From Octopus sinensis (lineage: Eukaryota), in NCBI RefSeq assembly GCF_006345805.1, contig NW_021833893.1, positions 248,001-312,000 of the forward strand: a DNA stretch of 64,000 bases, given 5' to 3'. Positions 1-11,626 of the stretch are shown here, piece after piece. Position numbers and translations under genes: made by a program. Every line of letters begins with the position of its first letter. Position 1 is the first letter of the stretch. Below the pieces are notes generated by a model, which made no database searches, had not been told where the DNA came from, and was given only the letters and a program-made list of their open reading frames with translations.

Positions 1-510
1 CACAAGAGTGGTTAGTTACTCAAATGGGAGAACCAGTTTAGTCGCCGACTCCTTGACCATAGAACATCCCTGACCTGACGATCGTTGTTCCAGTACTCTG
101 TCATAATGCTATAGCAGCTGAATAAAGCGTCTCCTTCCTGGACTGAGGCTATGCTACCTGTTAGAATCGGGATGAGATTCCTCCTGACGATGCATTTCCA
201 TGACTTTGCTAACATGTAAGGTCAGAGAGTTAAGCCTGTAATTCTTAGCATCTGCTCGAGTATATGATATATTCTTTTCTAACATTTTGTGAAGCTTGCC
301 ACATGAGAGGAAACTCTGAAAAAGTATCTACAATGATTTTGCAAGAGATCTCTTGCATGCATTTAAATGAATAACTGGAAAAAACATCAGGGCCGTTGCC
401 CAGTTTGATTTCATCCCATTCATGACTGATATTACATCCTCTCCTTCTCTGTCAATGTAATCTTCTTGGTGTAGATTTGTGGTGTTGAAGAATTCATCAA
501 ACTTGCTTGT
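1..510 (-). mobile_element. Decayed CR1/L2-type LINE, RT N-terminal fragment
   Basis: Minus-strand frames give MKSNWATGPDVF (KAPGPD-like), NYRLNSLTLHVSKVME (NYRPISLT-like) and QLL*HYDRVL, with frameshifts and stops. Confidence 0.6.
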
Positions 511-610
511 TGGCAACACACACGCACGCACGCATACACATGAATACACATGCGCTTGTGCGCACACACATTCACATGTATGCACATATATGAGTATACA
601 TATATATGTA

Positions 611-1440
611 TGAGGTGTGATCAATAAGTATCCTGACTGTTGCTATAGTAACGAAATTAAAGCATGTAGAGTAAAGCCGCTTGGCACAGATTGATCTGGA
701 CTTCTGTTGTGCATGTGCACTAAGTTTTAACGTTCTAGCTCAGTTCCACTGTTTACAGCAGTGCTCGGAGGGAAGGTGTGTAACGTGTGATCGTCGCATT
801 GACCATGACAGAGAAAGTTGTCATGGCGATACCTACTCAGAGGTCGACGAAAAGTTGCAGAAAGTGTATGGAGAGGAGCGTATGAACCGCACACAAGTGT
901 ACGAGTGGTTTAGACGTTTCCAAGATAGCCGAAAAAAATGTTGATAGTGACGAACATCCTGGGAGACCTGCAACCTACGGAACTGAGAAAAACATCGCAG
1001 ATGTGCGTGCAGCTCAGAGGGGAAATCATCGAATCACCATTCGTGAATTAACAGAGGATGTGCAGATTAGTTACGGTTCATTTCAGTCTATTATCACTGA
1101 GGATTTGAGTATGAGGCACGTGTCGGCTAAGTTTGTATTAAAATAGCTTTTAGAACGATGAAAAATTCTTGAAAACTTTGCGTAGGCCTCTGAGTAGGTA
1201 TCGCCAAAATTTGATGCAGGTTTAACTGCTCAACTTTCTCTGTTATGGTCAATGCGACGAACACACGCTACATACGTTACTTCTAAGAACTGCTGTAAAC
1301 AGTGGAAGTAAGTTAGAACGTTAGAACTTAATGCGCACGCATAGCAGAGTTGAAGGTCAATCTGTACTAAGCGGCTTCACTCTATGTGCTTTATCTTCGT
1401 TACTAGGGCAACGGTCCGGATACTTATTGATCAGACTACG
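611..1440 (+). mobile_element. Internally deleted mariner element with 210-bp TIRs
   Basis: Arms 611-820 and 1231-1440 are imperfect reverse complements; TA at 609-610 and 1441-1442. The interior encodes mariner HTH remnants (MTEKV start; MNRTQVYEWFRRF; ITIRELTEDVQISYGS; MRHVSAKFV). Confidence 0.9.
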
Positions 1441-1464
1441 TATATATACATATATATATATATG

Positions 1465-1712
1465 TAGGTCCCGGGTTGATTCGGGGTTAACCACAGTAAA
1501 TAAGGTACTCAATACATAGCAGAGTAAAATTAATTTATTATATAGAAGGAGCTTCTACAGGACTAGAACTGTTTCATTCAAGAGAAATCTTCAGGAAGCT
1601 AGTTAACAAGAATTGTATTGGCATTTATACATTTAGGCAGGTTTAACGGGGTGTTGGTGGGGGACTTTTTTGGGGGTAGGCATAGCACAAAATATCATAC
1701 TTGGGGGAGTGG
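1465..1712 (-). mobile_element. Short Penelope-like pLTR fragment
   Basis: Carries a hammerhead fold at 1550-1600 and abuts (TA)n. Related to the 47.4-kb fragment (GAGCTYCTACAG shared). Confidence 0.55.
1550..1600 (-). ncRNA. Type I hammerhead ribozyme
   Basis: Minus strand reads AGCUUC-CUGAAGA-U-UUC[UCUU]GAA-U-GAAA-CAG[UUCUAGUC]CUG-UA-GAAGCU: 6-bp stem I, intact core, 4-bp stem III, GUA triplet. Confidence 0.75.
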
Positions 1713-1785
1713 TCAAGGAGTCAGTGTTAAATTAGATAGAAGAATAAATAAAAAAATAAGAAAATAAAAAATAAAAAAATAAAAT

Positions 1786-1816
<31 letters not shown>

Positions 1817-1864
1817 TATAAATGTATGTAGATATGTATGTACACGCACGCACGCATGCACACA

Positions 1865-1927
<63 letters not shown>

Positions 1928-2191
1928 GTATACATGCATTTATTTAGTAATCGGCAGAAGCGACAGGGTGACTCAAGGAGCCGATAGTTTCGTGCAATGG
2001 CACTCACCACACTAGTTTCATACAATTTATACAGACCGGTTAAATTGATAATTCTCTGGATTGTTTTAGAACGAACTATAAAAAAACAGTTATAAACTCA
2101 CGTGAAAATGCATACTTTTTATATACTCCCTCACGCAAATACAAACATACATACATACATACATACATACATACATACATACATACATACA

Positions 2192-2221
<30 letters not shown>

Positions 2222-2222
<1 letters not shown>

Positions 2223-3019
2223 GTAACGGCTTTAATTAGATTAGTAGAAGTTACCAATTGTAACGGTAGATATTTGATTGGTAAACAATATTATGAAATG
2301 TTATGGTCAGCAGTTGTGACGATAAAAGTTTGTTACTAAAACTGCGAGTTGTAAAATGTGTAAGATGAACAATGCATGAAGTTTTAAAGAAATGTTTATT
2401 TACCGTTACGTTATAATTACCTTGCCTCGACGAGCAGGTTATGATAAATCCAAAAGCATGCGAAAGTAAAGTTTGCTGCGGTAGAATGTTTTCTTTACAT
2501 AGTTTAACGTATAGTTAATAGTAATCCACAGATAGAATGATGTTGTAGGAGAACAGAATTAGAGCTAAAGAGAATTGTATGGTCTGTCTCACAGTTGCTT
2601 TCTCCCTCTGACCAAGGTTGGTCAGCCAGACCTCGTTGTGTCGTCACGATGGGACTGACCCTAGTCGAGTCGTCACGATGTGACTGACCCTAGTCGAGTC
2701 CTCACGATGTGACTGACTCTAGTCGAGTCGTCACCCGGCTGGTGACTAACTGATTTTTGCTTGGGGTATGCTTGCTTATATAAAGATCCAGAAGGATAGA
2801 TATATCATTGAGAACAATAGATTTAGTTGGTGGTCTTGTTATCTCTATTCTAGCTTTAGGTGAAGTAGAAGAGGTTAGAAAGGGTCAAGTGGTGAAGACC
2901 TTATTTTGGCCAGCTAAAGGCATCTGGAAAATGTAATAACTGTTGTCAGAGAAAAACCATTGTTCCATCGTGGGAAAAATTCTGTAGCAGTGAGGGTTTA
3001 AATTTGGATCGAATCCACA
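2222..3019 (+). mobile_element. Probable solo LTR
   Basis: TGT...ACA ends, about 800 bp, internal 29-bp tandem repeat (2640-2734), TATATAAA at about 2777. No clean TSD (it sits in an (ACAT)n tract). Confidence 0.55.
2640..2734 (+). repeat. 29-bp tandem repeat, 3.3 copies
   Basis: Unit GTCGTCACGATG(G/T)GACTGAC(C/T)CTAGTCGA starts at 2640, 2669, 2698 and 2727. Confidence 0.95.
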
Positions 3020-3074
3020 TCATGCATGCAACATTCGCTACACATACATACATACATGCAATCAAACACATAAG

Positions 3075-3189
<115 letters not shown>

Positions 3190-3197
3190 GTCTGTCT

Positions 3198-3235
<38 letters not shown>

Positions 3236-3257
3236 CACCTGTTTGTCTATCTATTTA

Positions 3258-3700
3258 TATAGAAATATTCAAAGCCGCAGTCGAACCAATCCTACTATAT
3301 GGCTCAGAAACCTGGACGTTATCAAAGAAGCTTGAGAGGCGGTTGGATGGAACCTACACTCGCCTCCTTATGAGAGCTCAAAATCTCTCGTGGAGGCGCC
3401 ATCCAACTAAAATGCAAATATATGGGAAATTACCACCTGTGTCATCTCTTGTGAAAGGTAGGAGAGTCCAGTTTGCTGGACATTGTTGTAGAGCTGAAAA
3501 AGAAGTAATTTCTACTCTTCTCCTCTGGAAGCCATCTACTCGCAACACCAGAGGGCGCACACTCTCCTACCCTGATGTAATCTCCAGGGATACAGGCATC
3601 CAGCAACAGGACCTCCGTAATGCTATGATGGACCGTGAAGTCTGGCGGAACATAGTAAATTCCATTGTCTCGACCATGGTCGAACAATGATGATGATGAT
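3258..3700 (+). mobile_element. 5'-truncated RTE-clade LINE, ORF C-terminus
   Basis: Open frame [35 protein letters not shown]...DREVWRNIV, then a (TGA)n tail. Confidence 0.9.
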
Positions 3701-4262
3701 TTATATATGTATATATTTAGACTATACATTCGTACGCATGCACAAACATATACACGCTACATACATAGACACACACTCACACACACTGACGCACACGCAC
3801 ACACGCACACATATACGCACGCACACACACACATACACACACACACACACACACACGCAAAGGAGTCATCCACACTAACAGTGTAACGGAGTTTTCTACA
3901 CAGGGTGTATTTATCCACTAAACACCGTTTCAAAAACCTGTTGCTATAACAACAGCAATACCGTGTATTATTTTTTTAATAGGTACGAGCGACCTATTTA
4001 CTGAGAGAAGAAAATACAAGCGGAATTTACTGACAATAAGTCTCTTATAAACACAAATAAAAGAGTAAGTCTTTCCTTCAAAATATGTTTGACTTTTTGA
4101 TCTGAAGAAAGTTTGTCGTTGTTATTTTTTAATGCTAAGCGGGACTTTATCGATTGAACAGATCGCTTGATTAAAGATATTTTGCTGTGGACTGGACGCA
4201 ATTTTATTTCAGGCATCGAATATGTAGCATTAGTCTGTAAGTATACACACCGAGTCTTAGTG

Positions 4263-4337
<75 letters not shown>

Positions 4338-4515
4338 AAGAGAGCGTATGTGTGTGACAGAGATCTGGCTGTTATTTCTGTCAGATTACACTTCATCCTT
4401 CTTAGCTCGATTACATGTGAAAAATCAAAACTTTATCAAGTTTTATGATACACAGTCATACATCATCCATCCGCCCCTCCGTCCGCGCATGCAAATATAT
4501 GTTATATATAATGGT

Positions 4516-4770
4516 TTTAGTCGAAGAAATCGACCCTTCTTTGTAAGTCGAGTACTTTTTCTATCGGTCTCCTTTACCGAACCGCTATGTTACGGGAACA
4601 TAAACACATCAACATCGGTTGTCAAGCGATGGTGGCGGGGGGACAAACACAAGCACAAAGAAACACTCATAAATACACCTCCCATACACGCACACATACA
4701 TGCGACGGTCTTCTTTCAGTTTTCGCCTACCGAATCCACTCACAAGGCTTTGGTTTGCCCGAGGCACCAC
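4516..4770 (-). mobile_element. tRNA-SINE family A, partial
   Basis: Reverse complement matches the body of the full copy at 42135-42537. Confidence 0.8.
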
Positions 4771-5355
4771 ACAGCCATACCTGTGCCTATATGTGTGTGT
4801 GTGCGTGCGTGTGTGTGTGTGTGTGTGCATGCACGCACGCGCATGTATGTTATGTGTTCTCTTTCTCATCTGAATTCAGAATGTATTTTGACCGGCCACC
4901 TGCATCGTAGGAAAGTTGTGAAAGAAAGCATCTTGTTTTGTTCAGCATCCTTTAAAGTATGGGTGCGTGTGTACGTGTATGTGTATTTGTGTGTGTGTAT
5001 AGTATCTATATATCTATGTAGACATACATAGTTGTTGTAATAAAGTCAAACCAGTTGGTAAAATTTTGAAATCATTTGATGGAAACATTTTCAATATATA
5101 TGAGACAGCTACTTTGTTATATTTCGGGACGGTCATTTTTTTTTATTTTGGCAAACACACGCATTATATATTCACTCTTCACTTTAGATTTATTATTGTT
5201 TTTATTTTATATTCTTTGTCTGCAAATCTTTTATCACACATCATGTAACCTCTTCAGTGATTCACCAACCACGTTTCTCCTCCGATTCACTGCTCTCATC
5301 ACACACACACACACACAACACACACACACACACACACACATGTATATATATGTAT

Positions 5356-5499
5356 GATGGACTGCTTTCAGTTTGTCTACCAAATCCACGAAGAAGGCTT
5401 TGGTCAGTCCGAGGGTACAGTGGAAGACACAGGCCCAGGGACTAAACTCGGAACAACGTGGTTGGGAAGCAAGCTTTTTACCATATAGACACGCTGCAC
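5356..5499 (-). mobile_element. tRNA-SINE family A, 5' part
   Basis: Reverse complement resembles the head of the 42135 copy. Confidence 0.65.
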
Positions 5500-5654
5500 T
5501 GATATATATATATATATAGATATATATAAATGAATGAAAGAATGGAGTCGAACGAAGATGTCAACAAAATTCCTGACGTAAATTTGCTACCCAGGTTTCG
5601 GTTAAACGAATTTTCCATGCTGACGATAAACATAGGATAATTCATTCACCTACT

Positions 5655-5695
<41 letters not shown>

Positions 5696-5728
5696 TCAAA
5701 ATAAGCAACAAGAATATCTTCGGCAATT

Positions 5729-5812
5729 TGGTACGATCGTTTCACGCTACATCATTTTATTAAACATTGTAAGTATTACAACAGTTTTAAAATGTTGAGC
5801 TATCATCAGCCA
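5729..5812 (-). ncRNA. Type I hammerhead ribozyme (long stem II, palindromic stem III) in a short Penelope-like element at about 5690-5860
   Basis: UGG-CUGAUGA-U-[long imperfect stem II]-U-GAAA-CGAUCG-UA-CCA; same family as 7600-7691. Confidence 0.65.
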
Positions 5813-5884
5813 TTTATAGAGGTTTTTCCATCAATACATATACTTATTTCCATGCTAATTATATATATATATATATATATATAT

Positions 5885-6049
5885 AAATTATAATTTAGGT
5901 TATCTGAGAGATACCATCACAGCTAGAAATAGCAGTCAAAACTTAACTCTAAAACCACATTAAACGACCATTTAATGTGGATTTAGAGTCAAGTTTTGAC
6001 TGCTATTTCTAGCGTGATGGTATCTCTTAGATCACCTAAATTATAATTT
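5885..6049. mobile_element. Near-perfect hairpin/MITE, about 165 bp
   Basis: Arms of about 80 bp pair almost end to end around the loop CGACCA (CCACATTAAA-cgacca-TTTAATGTGG). Confidence 0.85.
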
Positions 6050-6269
6050 TAAATAATTATTACCTTTGAAAGGTTTTTATTTCTATGCTGGCCACCTGAT
6101 AAGATCGGTATATCCTGAACAGAGTTAGTAAAAGTTTTTATCTTCATTTCACTAAATTTATCAAGCTTCTGTGTTTCTAGTACATACTTCGCCTTTAATC
6201 CACTTATATATGAATAATATATGGCCGGTGCTAGAAACACCAGCGATAATAATTAATTTTATTTTATCG

Positions 6270-6520
<251 letters not shown>

Positions 6521-6931
6521 ATTTCTTTTTGAGAATTGGGTCGTGGAGTACATATAAATCTATAAACAACAGCACGTAAATATTGGGTTGAAAAAGTTGA
6601 AAGCTGCCCGCGGGACACGAACCCATATCTTCTCTACACATGACGTCAACAATATATATAATATATTGGACTGTGAGCTAATGAAGTTCATATGATATTC
6701 GTTTAGTCTTTTCTAATCTCTTTTATTGTTTCTGTTCTGAACTCGACTAACGCTTCGTTCAGAAGTATACATGTATTGAGTTCTACACCAGTTTATTAGT
6801 ATTGCAATGCCTAAGCGATATATATATATATATATGTATAAAGGGAATGTTTACGGAAATAAACAAAAGACGAAGGCAGGTGGTGTACAAACAAACAGAT
6901 GTATTAGTATAGCGCTCAGGAATAGAAAAAG

Positions 6932-6969
6932 TCTTTTACGTTTCCAGCCTACGCTCTTCTACAGAAAGA
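6932..6969 (-). ncRNA. Minimal hammerhead-like fold (CUGUAGA core variant) in a short Penelope-like element at about 6840-7025
   Basis: UCUUU-CUGUAGA-A-GAGC[GUAG]GCUG-GAAA-CG-UA-AAAGA: 5-bp stem I, ACGU palindrome, GUA triplet. Confidence 0.55.
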
Positions 6970-7599
6970 TACACAGAAAAAAACAAGGAGAGAAAAAAAT
7001 GTGTGTAGTAGCTAACGATCTATCATATATATATTGCAAATAGGAAAATGGAGGAGAACAATAGTTGGTACATCAACTTTAGGACATTAAAAATGTTAAC
7101 TTATTTATTAAACTGATGATTATAATAACATACATACATATAGCATATTATTCTATGCATATAAAATAAGGATAAAGTAATTATCAAAAAACATGAATAT
7201 TAGTAATAACTGAATATTATATGTACTTATGGATGTAGATGTGCATGTATATTTCAGTATATTTGTATGTATGTATGTATGTATGTATGTATGTATGTAT
7301 GTATGTATGTATGTATGTATGTATGTATGTATATATAATTAATTATGTATAACCATATATGTATGTATATTCATGCATATATATATATATATATTCAAAT
7401 CTGTGTGTATTTTGTTTATCTTATATTTATATTTATATTTATTATTGTACTTTATAATCTCTGACAAAACCTAGAGATATGTACAACTTCCTCATTTTCA
7501 TCTGGTAAAACATGTTCTTTGTCTATGTCCTTATCCTCTTGGAGATTTTGGATAAAATTATACATATGTGTCCTAATTTAATTAGATTCTATATGTTTG

Positions 7600-7691
7600 T
7601 ACAGCTGAAGATTGCTCTACATTTTAAATCGATGTAATGAAATGATTGTATTGTTCAATTAAATAGAGTCGCATGAAACGATCGTACTGCA
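7600..7691 (+). ncRNA. Type I hammerhead ribozyme in a short Penelope-like element at about 7400-7727
   Basis: UACAG-CUGAAGA-U-UGC...GCA-U-GAAA-CGAUCG-UA-CUGCA. The 3' flank GATATYCTTGTTGCTTATTTTGA is shared with the 5.7-kb copy. Confidence 0.7.
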
Positions 7692-7896
7692 TTACCTCTG
7701 GATATCCTTGTTGCTTATTTTGATTATACACACACACACACACACAACACACACACACACACACATACACACACACATATATATATATTATACATATATA
7801 TGTATATATATAGTTCAAATTTATAGAAAAACAAAGACGATGACAGGTGTAGGAACAACAAGCGTTTTAGTTTGACGCTCGGGAAAAATGGAAAAG

Positions 7897-7934
7897 TCTT
7901 TTACGTTTCGAGCCTACACTCTTCAACAGGAAGG
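7897..7934 (-). ncRNA. Minimal hammerhead-like fold (CUGUUGA core variant), second copy of the 6.9-kb family
   Basis: CCUUC-CUGUUGA-A-GAGU[GUAG]GCUC-GAAA-CG-UA-AAAGA; stem I partly mismatched. Confidence 0.5.
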
Positions 7935-7980
7935 AATGAGAGGAAATAAATTGAGCGAAAATGAAAAAAATGTGTTGAGT

Positions 7981-8125
7981 TCAGTGGTAAGTGGTAAGTG
8001 TGGTAAGTAGCTTGCTTACCAACCACCTACTTCCGGGTTCAGTCCCATTGCGTGGCACCTTGAGCAAGTGTCTTCTACTATAGCCTCGGTTGATTTGGTA
8101 GGCGGAAACTGATAGAAGCTCGTCA
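7981..8125 (+). mobile_element. tRNA-SINE family A head
   Basis: TGTGGTAAGTAGCTTGCTTACCAACCAC...CCGGGTTCAGTCCCA; A- and B-box-like motifs. Confidence 0.8.
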
Positions 8126-8199
8126 TATATATATGTATATATAAAATTAAATAAGGGTAGAAATTGATATTAATCAATTAAAATTTAATCCGAAGACTA

Positions 8200-8536
8200 A
8201 CAAAATTTAGAGCACTGATCACTAAAAAAATGGACAGCCTATATGCTAGATATAGACGTCAAAATCGCCATTTTCCACGAAGAAAAAAATTCTCAAGAAA
8301 AAAATTCAGCAAAAATGCAAAGCGTAAAAACAAGCAAGACAAATGAAAATATACGAAATAAAAAAAAACCCGGTCGAGCGTTCTGTATCTAGTTCTGGGA
8401 ATTATGTTTTGTAAACGACAGTCTATGCTGATGATCTTGCAGATATTTGCGTATCCATATACGTAAATATTAACAAGTGAAACTTATTAGTACATAGGTA
8501 ATCCATTTTTTTAGTGGTCAGTCCTCTAAATTTTGT
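8200..8536. mobile_element. MITE-like element with 43-bp TIRs
   Basis: 8200-8242 (ACAAAATTTAGAGCACTGATCACTAAAAAAATGGA...) is the imperfect reverse complement of 8494-8536. Confidence 0.7.
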
Positions 8537-8936
8537 ATATATATATATATAAACTTGCTTAGAGAAGAAGAAACGAAACGAAACGAAACGAATCGAATCG
8601 AATCGACGCGAGGGCGCTCAGTCATACAATAGTGTAATAAATAAAATATATGCATACATACATACATATATGTACGTACCTACATCTACATGTATATATA
8701 CATGCATATATAAATATATATACGTGAGTACAGGACACCACAAATAGACGTAGAACTCAACGAGAAACGAAAACGTAAAAACAAGCATGGAACGGACCTT
8801 TTTTTTAACAACGAAAAAACAGAGTACAAGACAAACACACAAGGAAAAATCCCCTTCATCAGCTGTCCCTAGTTCAACCCCAGCGTGTTTGTGTGTGTGT
8901 GTGTGTGTGCGAGCGCGCGCGTATGTATTTTTGCGT

Positions 8937-9137
8937 GTCTGTGTTTGTCCCCCCACAATCGCTTGACAACCGATGTTGGTGTGTTCACGTCCTCGTAACT
9001 TAGCGGTTCGGCAAAAGTGACCGATAGAATAAGTACTAGGCTTACAAAGAATAAGTCCTGAGGTCGATTTTTTCGACTAAAGGCGATGCTCCAGCATGGC
9101 CGCAATCAAATGACTGAAACAAATAAAAGAATAAAAG
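8937..9137 (+). mobile_element. tRNA-SINE family A, 3' half
   Basis: Matches 42330-42537 and ends AAATGACTGAAAC-AATAAAAG. Confidence 0.85.
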
Positions 9138-9778
9138 AATATATATCGATACATATAAATTTGACATGGGCGATTCTTTCTTGTCTTGGGATCCACGCTC
9201 AATGGCTGGGTGGAATTGCGCAAAAAATTACACAGATGTGTAGAATGATCCAGTGGTGATGATGGGCTTTGTATTTTTTCTTAGCTCCTATGGTTACCGA
9301 GATAATCTACTATAATAATAATCTTGTGTTTATGAATGAGAAAGGAAGGGGTGATAGATGAATAAGAAAGGAACGAGTGATACTTGGTAGTGGGGTGATG
9401 AAAATTGTTCGCTGAAAAAATAAATCAAATAGCGTTTCAACTTTGTGTGAATATATGTGTGTGTATGTAAAAGGGGGTATGTGAATATGTTTGTGCGTAT
9501 GTGTGATGTGTGTGTGTGTGTGTGTGTGTGCGTGCGCGCGCGCGCGCAATGGAAGTAAGATGGTTCATCTTTGTTCACTTAGTATTTGAGTTTATATTTT
9601 GATTTGGTTGAATCTTGGTTGTTTTTTTTGTTGGTCAGTTATTTTTAGCATTTTGACAGAAAAAAATGTTATTCTAAAAATGTTTTTAACGTAAGCGTGC
9701 CCAAACAAGACAAATGCTTGCACAGAGCAGGTTTTACAGCCACATCATCGAAACCGACCGGGTAAAACCGGGCTTAGC

Positions 9779-9846
<68 letters not shown>

Positions 9847-9891
9847 ATATATATGTATGTATATGTATGTATGTATGCATGTATGTATGTA

Positions 9892-9924
<33 letters not shown>

Positions 9925-9926
<2 letters not shown>

Positions 9927-10130
9927 ATTTCAGTGTTTGTCCTTTCCCACTGCTTGACAACGGGTATTAGAGTGTTTACGTCTTCGTAACTTAGCGGCTT
10001 GGTGAAAGAACCTGATAGAATAAGTACCAGGCTTGCAAAATGAAATAAATACTGGGGTCGATTCATTCAGCTGACATTCTTCAAGGTGGTGCCCCAGTAT
10101 GGCTGGAGTCTAATGACTGAAATAAGTAAA
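9925..10130 (+). mobile_element. tRNA-SINE family A, 3' half, just upstream of TCTE1
   Basis: Matches the family A 3' half. Confidence 0.8.
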
Positions 10131-10241
10131 GGAGCCAAAACACGATGAGGCATCAACGCATGTTCTCAGGTAAGATGAACAACGTACACAAAACGGACAA
10201 TTTACGTAATAAGCAAATTATATATTCTGTATTTGTAGACA

Positions 10242-10548
10242 ATGCCAAGCAATTCAGAAAATAAGGATTCCGAAGACATTGGAGAAGAAGGAGAAACAGA
10301 GAAAGATAAGAATTCTGCAAATGAAGAAAGAAGAGATAGTGAGCAAGAAGAGTTTAACAACGCAGTGGAAGATGCAGAGGCATTACTCAGTGAATTTCCA
10401 ACATCAATATCAGAAACATTTATATTAAACCCTGCTGCTGACATGCGCAAAATGAGAAGGATCATCGCCGAAGATCCACATTGGTCATTGGCTACAGTGC
10501 CGTTACTAGAAGAACTCTGTATCAGCCATATTGTCGACAACTTTGAAA
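10242..10548 (+). CDS. TCTE1: TCTE1/DRC5 coding exon 1
   Basis: Encodes RRIIAEDPHWSLATVPLLEELCISHIVDNFE, recognisable as the TCTE1 N-terminal motif (RIIAEDxEWSLAxVPLLxELC). Donor GTAAGT at 10549, phase 1. Confidence 0.92.
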
Positions 10549-11131
10549 GTAAGTATTGATTAATGATAAGGGGATTGAATAACAGCACACGATTACTGCT
10601 GCTCATTTACTTTGTCATAATTTTAAAATCCTGGGTGCGTTATCGACAGATATCTCACTTTCATGTTTTAATTGTTGTTCAGCCCAAGTTAGGCTTTGAC
10701 TGAGCAGATTTATGATCAAAATACATTCAAGCAGTGACTATCCTATCTTTCTTTTCAAGTATCATGTATCTGAACCGGCATGTCAACTGTAGAATTTAGA
10801 TATTTAAAGGCCAGTAGGATTCAATGAGAATTTGGCTGTTCTTTGTAATAGGTCAAGCAACTGCATAGTGGTTTGTTTTTGGCTTGCTCATTTTTATGTA
10901 GAGTATAAATGTCAGATACGTCTGGCCACCACATTGAGATGAAAAGTTTAAAAATCTGAGAGCTGTAATATGAGTAGATGAGCTGACTGACGGTATTAGA
11001 TAAATAAGCCACACTTTCCCTCATTAATCCAAATTTGATGGTGAATATTATTTGAATCGTATGTATGTATGTAAGTATGTATGTATGTATGTATGTATGT
11101 ATGTATGTATGTATGTATGTATGTATGTATG

Positions 11132-11162
<31 letters not shown>

Positions 11163-11526
11163 GTGTATGTATGTATGTATGCTCGCATCTATTTTTAAAC
11201 TTTTGATTCTGTCCCATAAGGAAAGAGCTGGTTTCTTACAAAAATACAAAGCTCCATCGTTGGAATGTAGATAACAGAGACAACGTCAGATGTTGGACCT
11301 ATTTACCGTTTATTTGCAGATTGTATTTTGTAATGTGCATTTTCGTTGGTTGATTTCTTTTCCTGAAAAGCCAAGGCAATACCAACAAATCCAAGTGCAC
11401 CTATTATTATTGGTATAAATACGAATTTATATTCTAGGCTAATTCTTTAGGGTAAACATCTGTTCTGAGGGTGCTGTTGCATTCTGTCTCCGAATGCAGG
11501 CAGACAGACAGACAGACAGACAAATG

Positions 11527-11626
<100 letters not shown>

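Noticed and set aside
2640-2734. 29-bp repeats as a CRISPR array
   Set aside because: Contiguous repeats without spacers, no cas genes, eukaryotic context.
5580-5640. GAAAC (minus) and CUGACGA (plus) close together
   Set aside because: The two motifs are on opposite strands.
8835-8885. CUGAUGA on the minus strand followed by a short stem
   Set aside because: No GAAA or stem III follows, so no hammerhead can be drawn.
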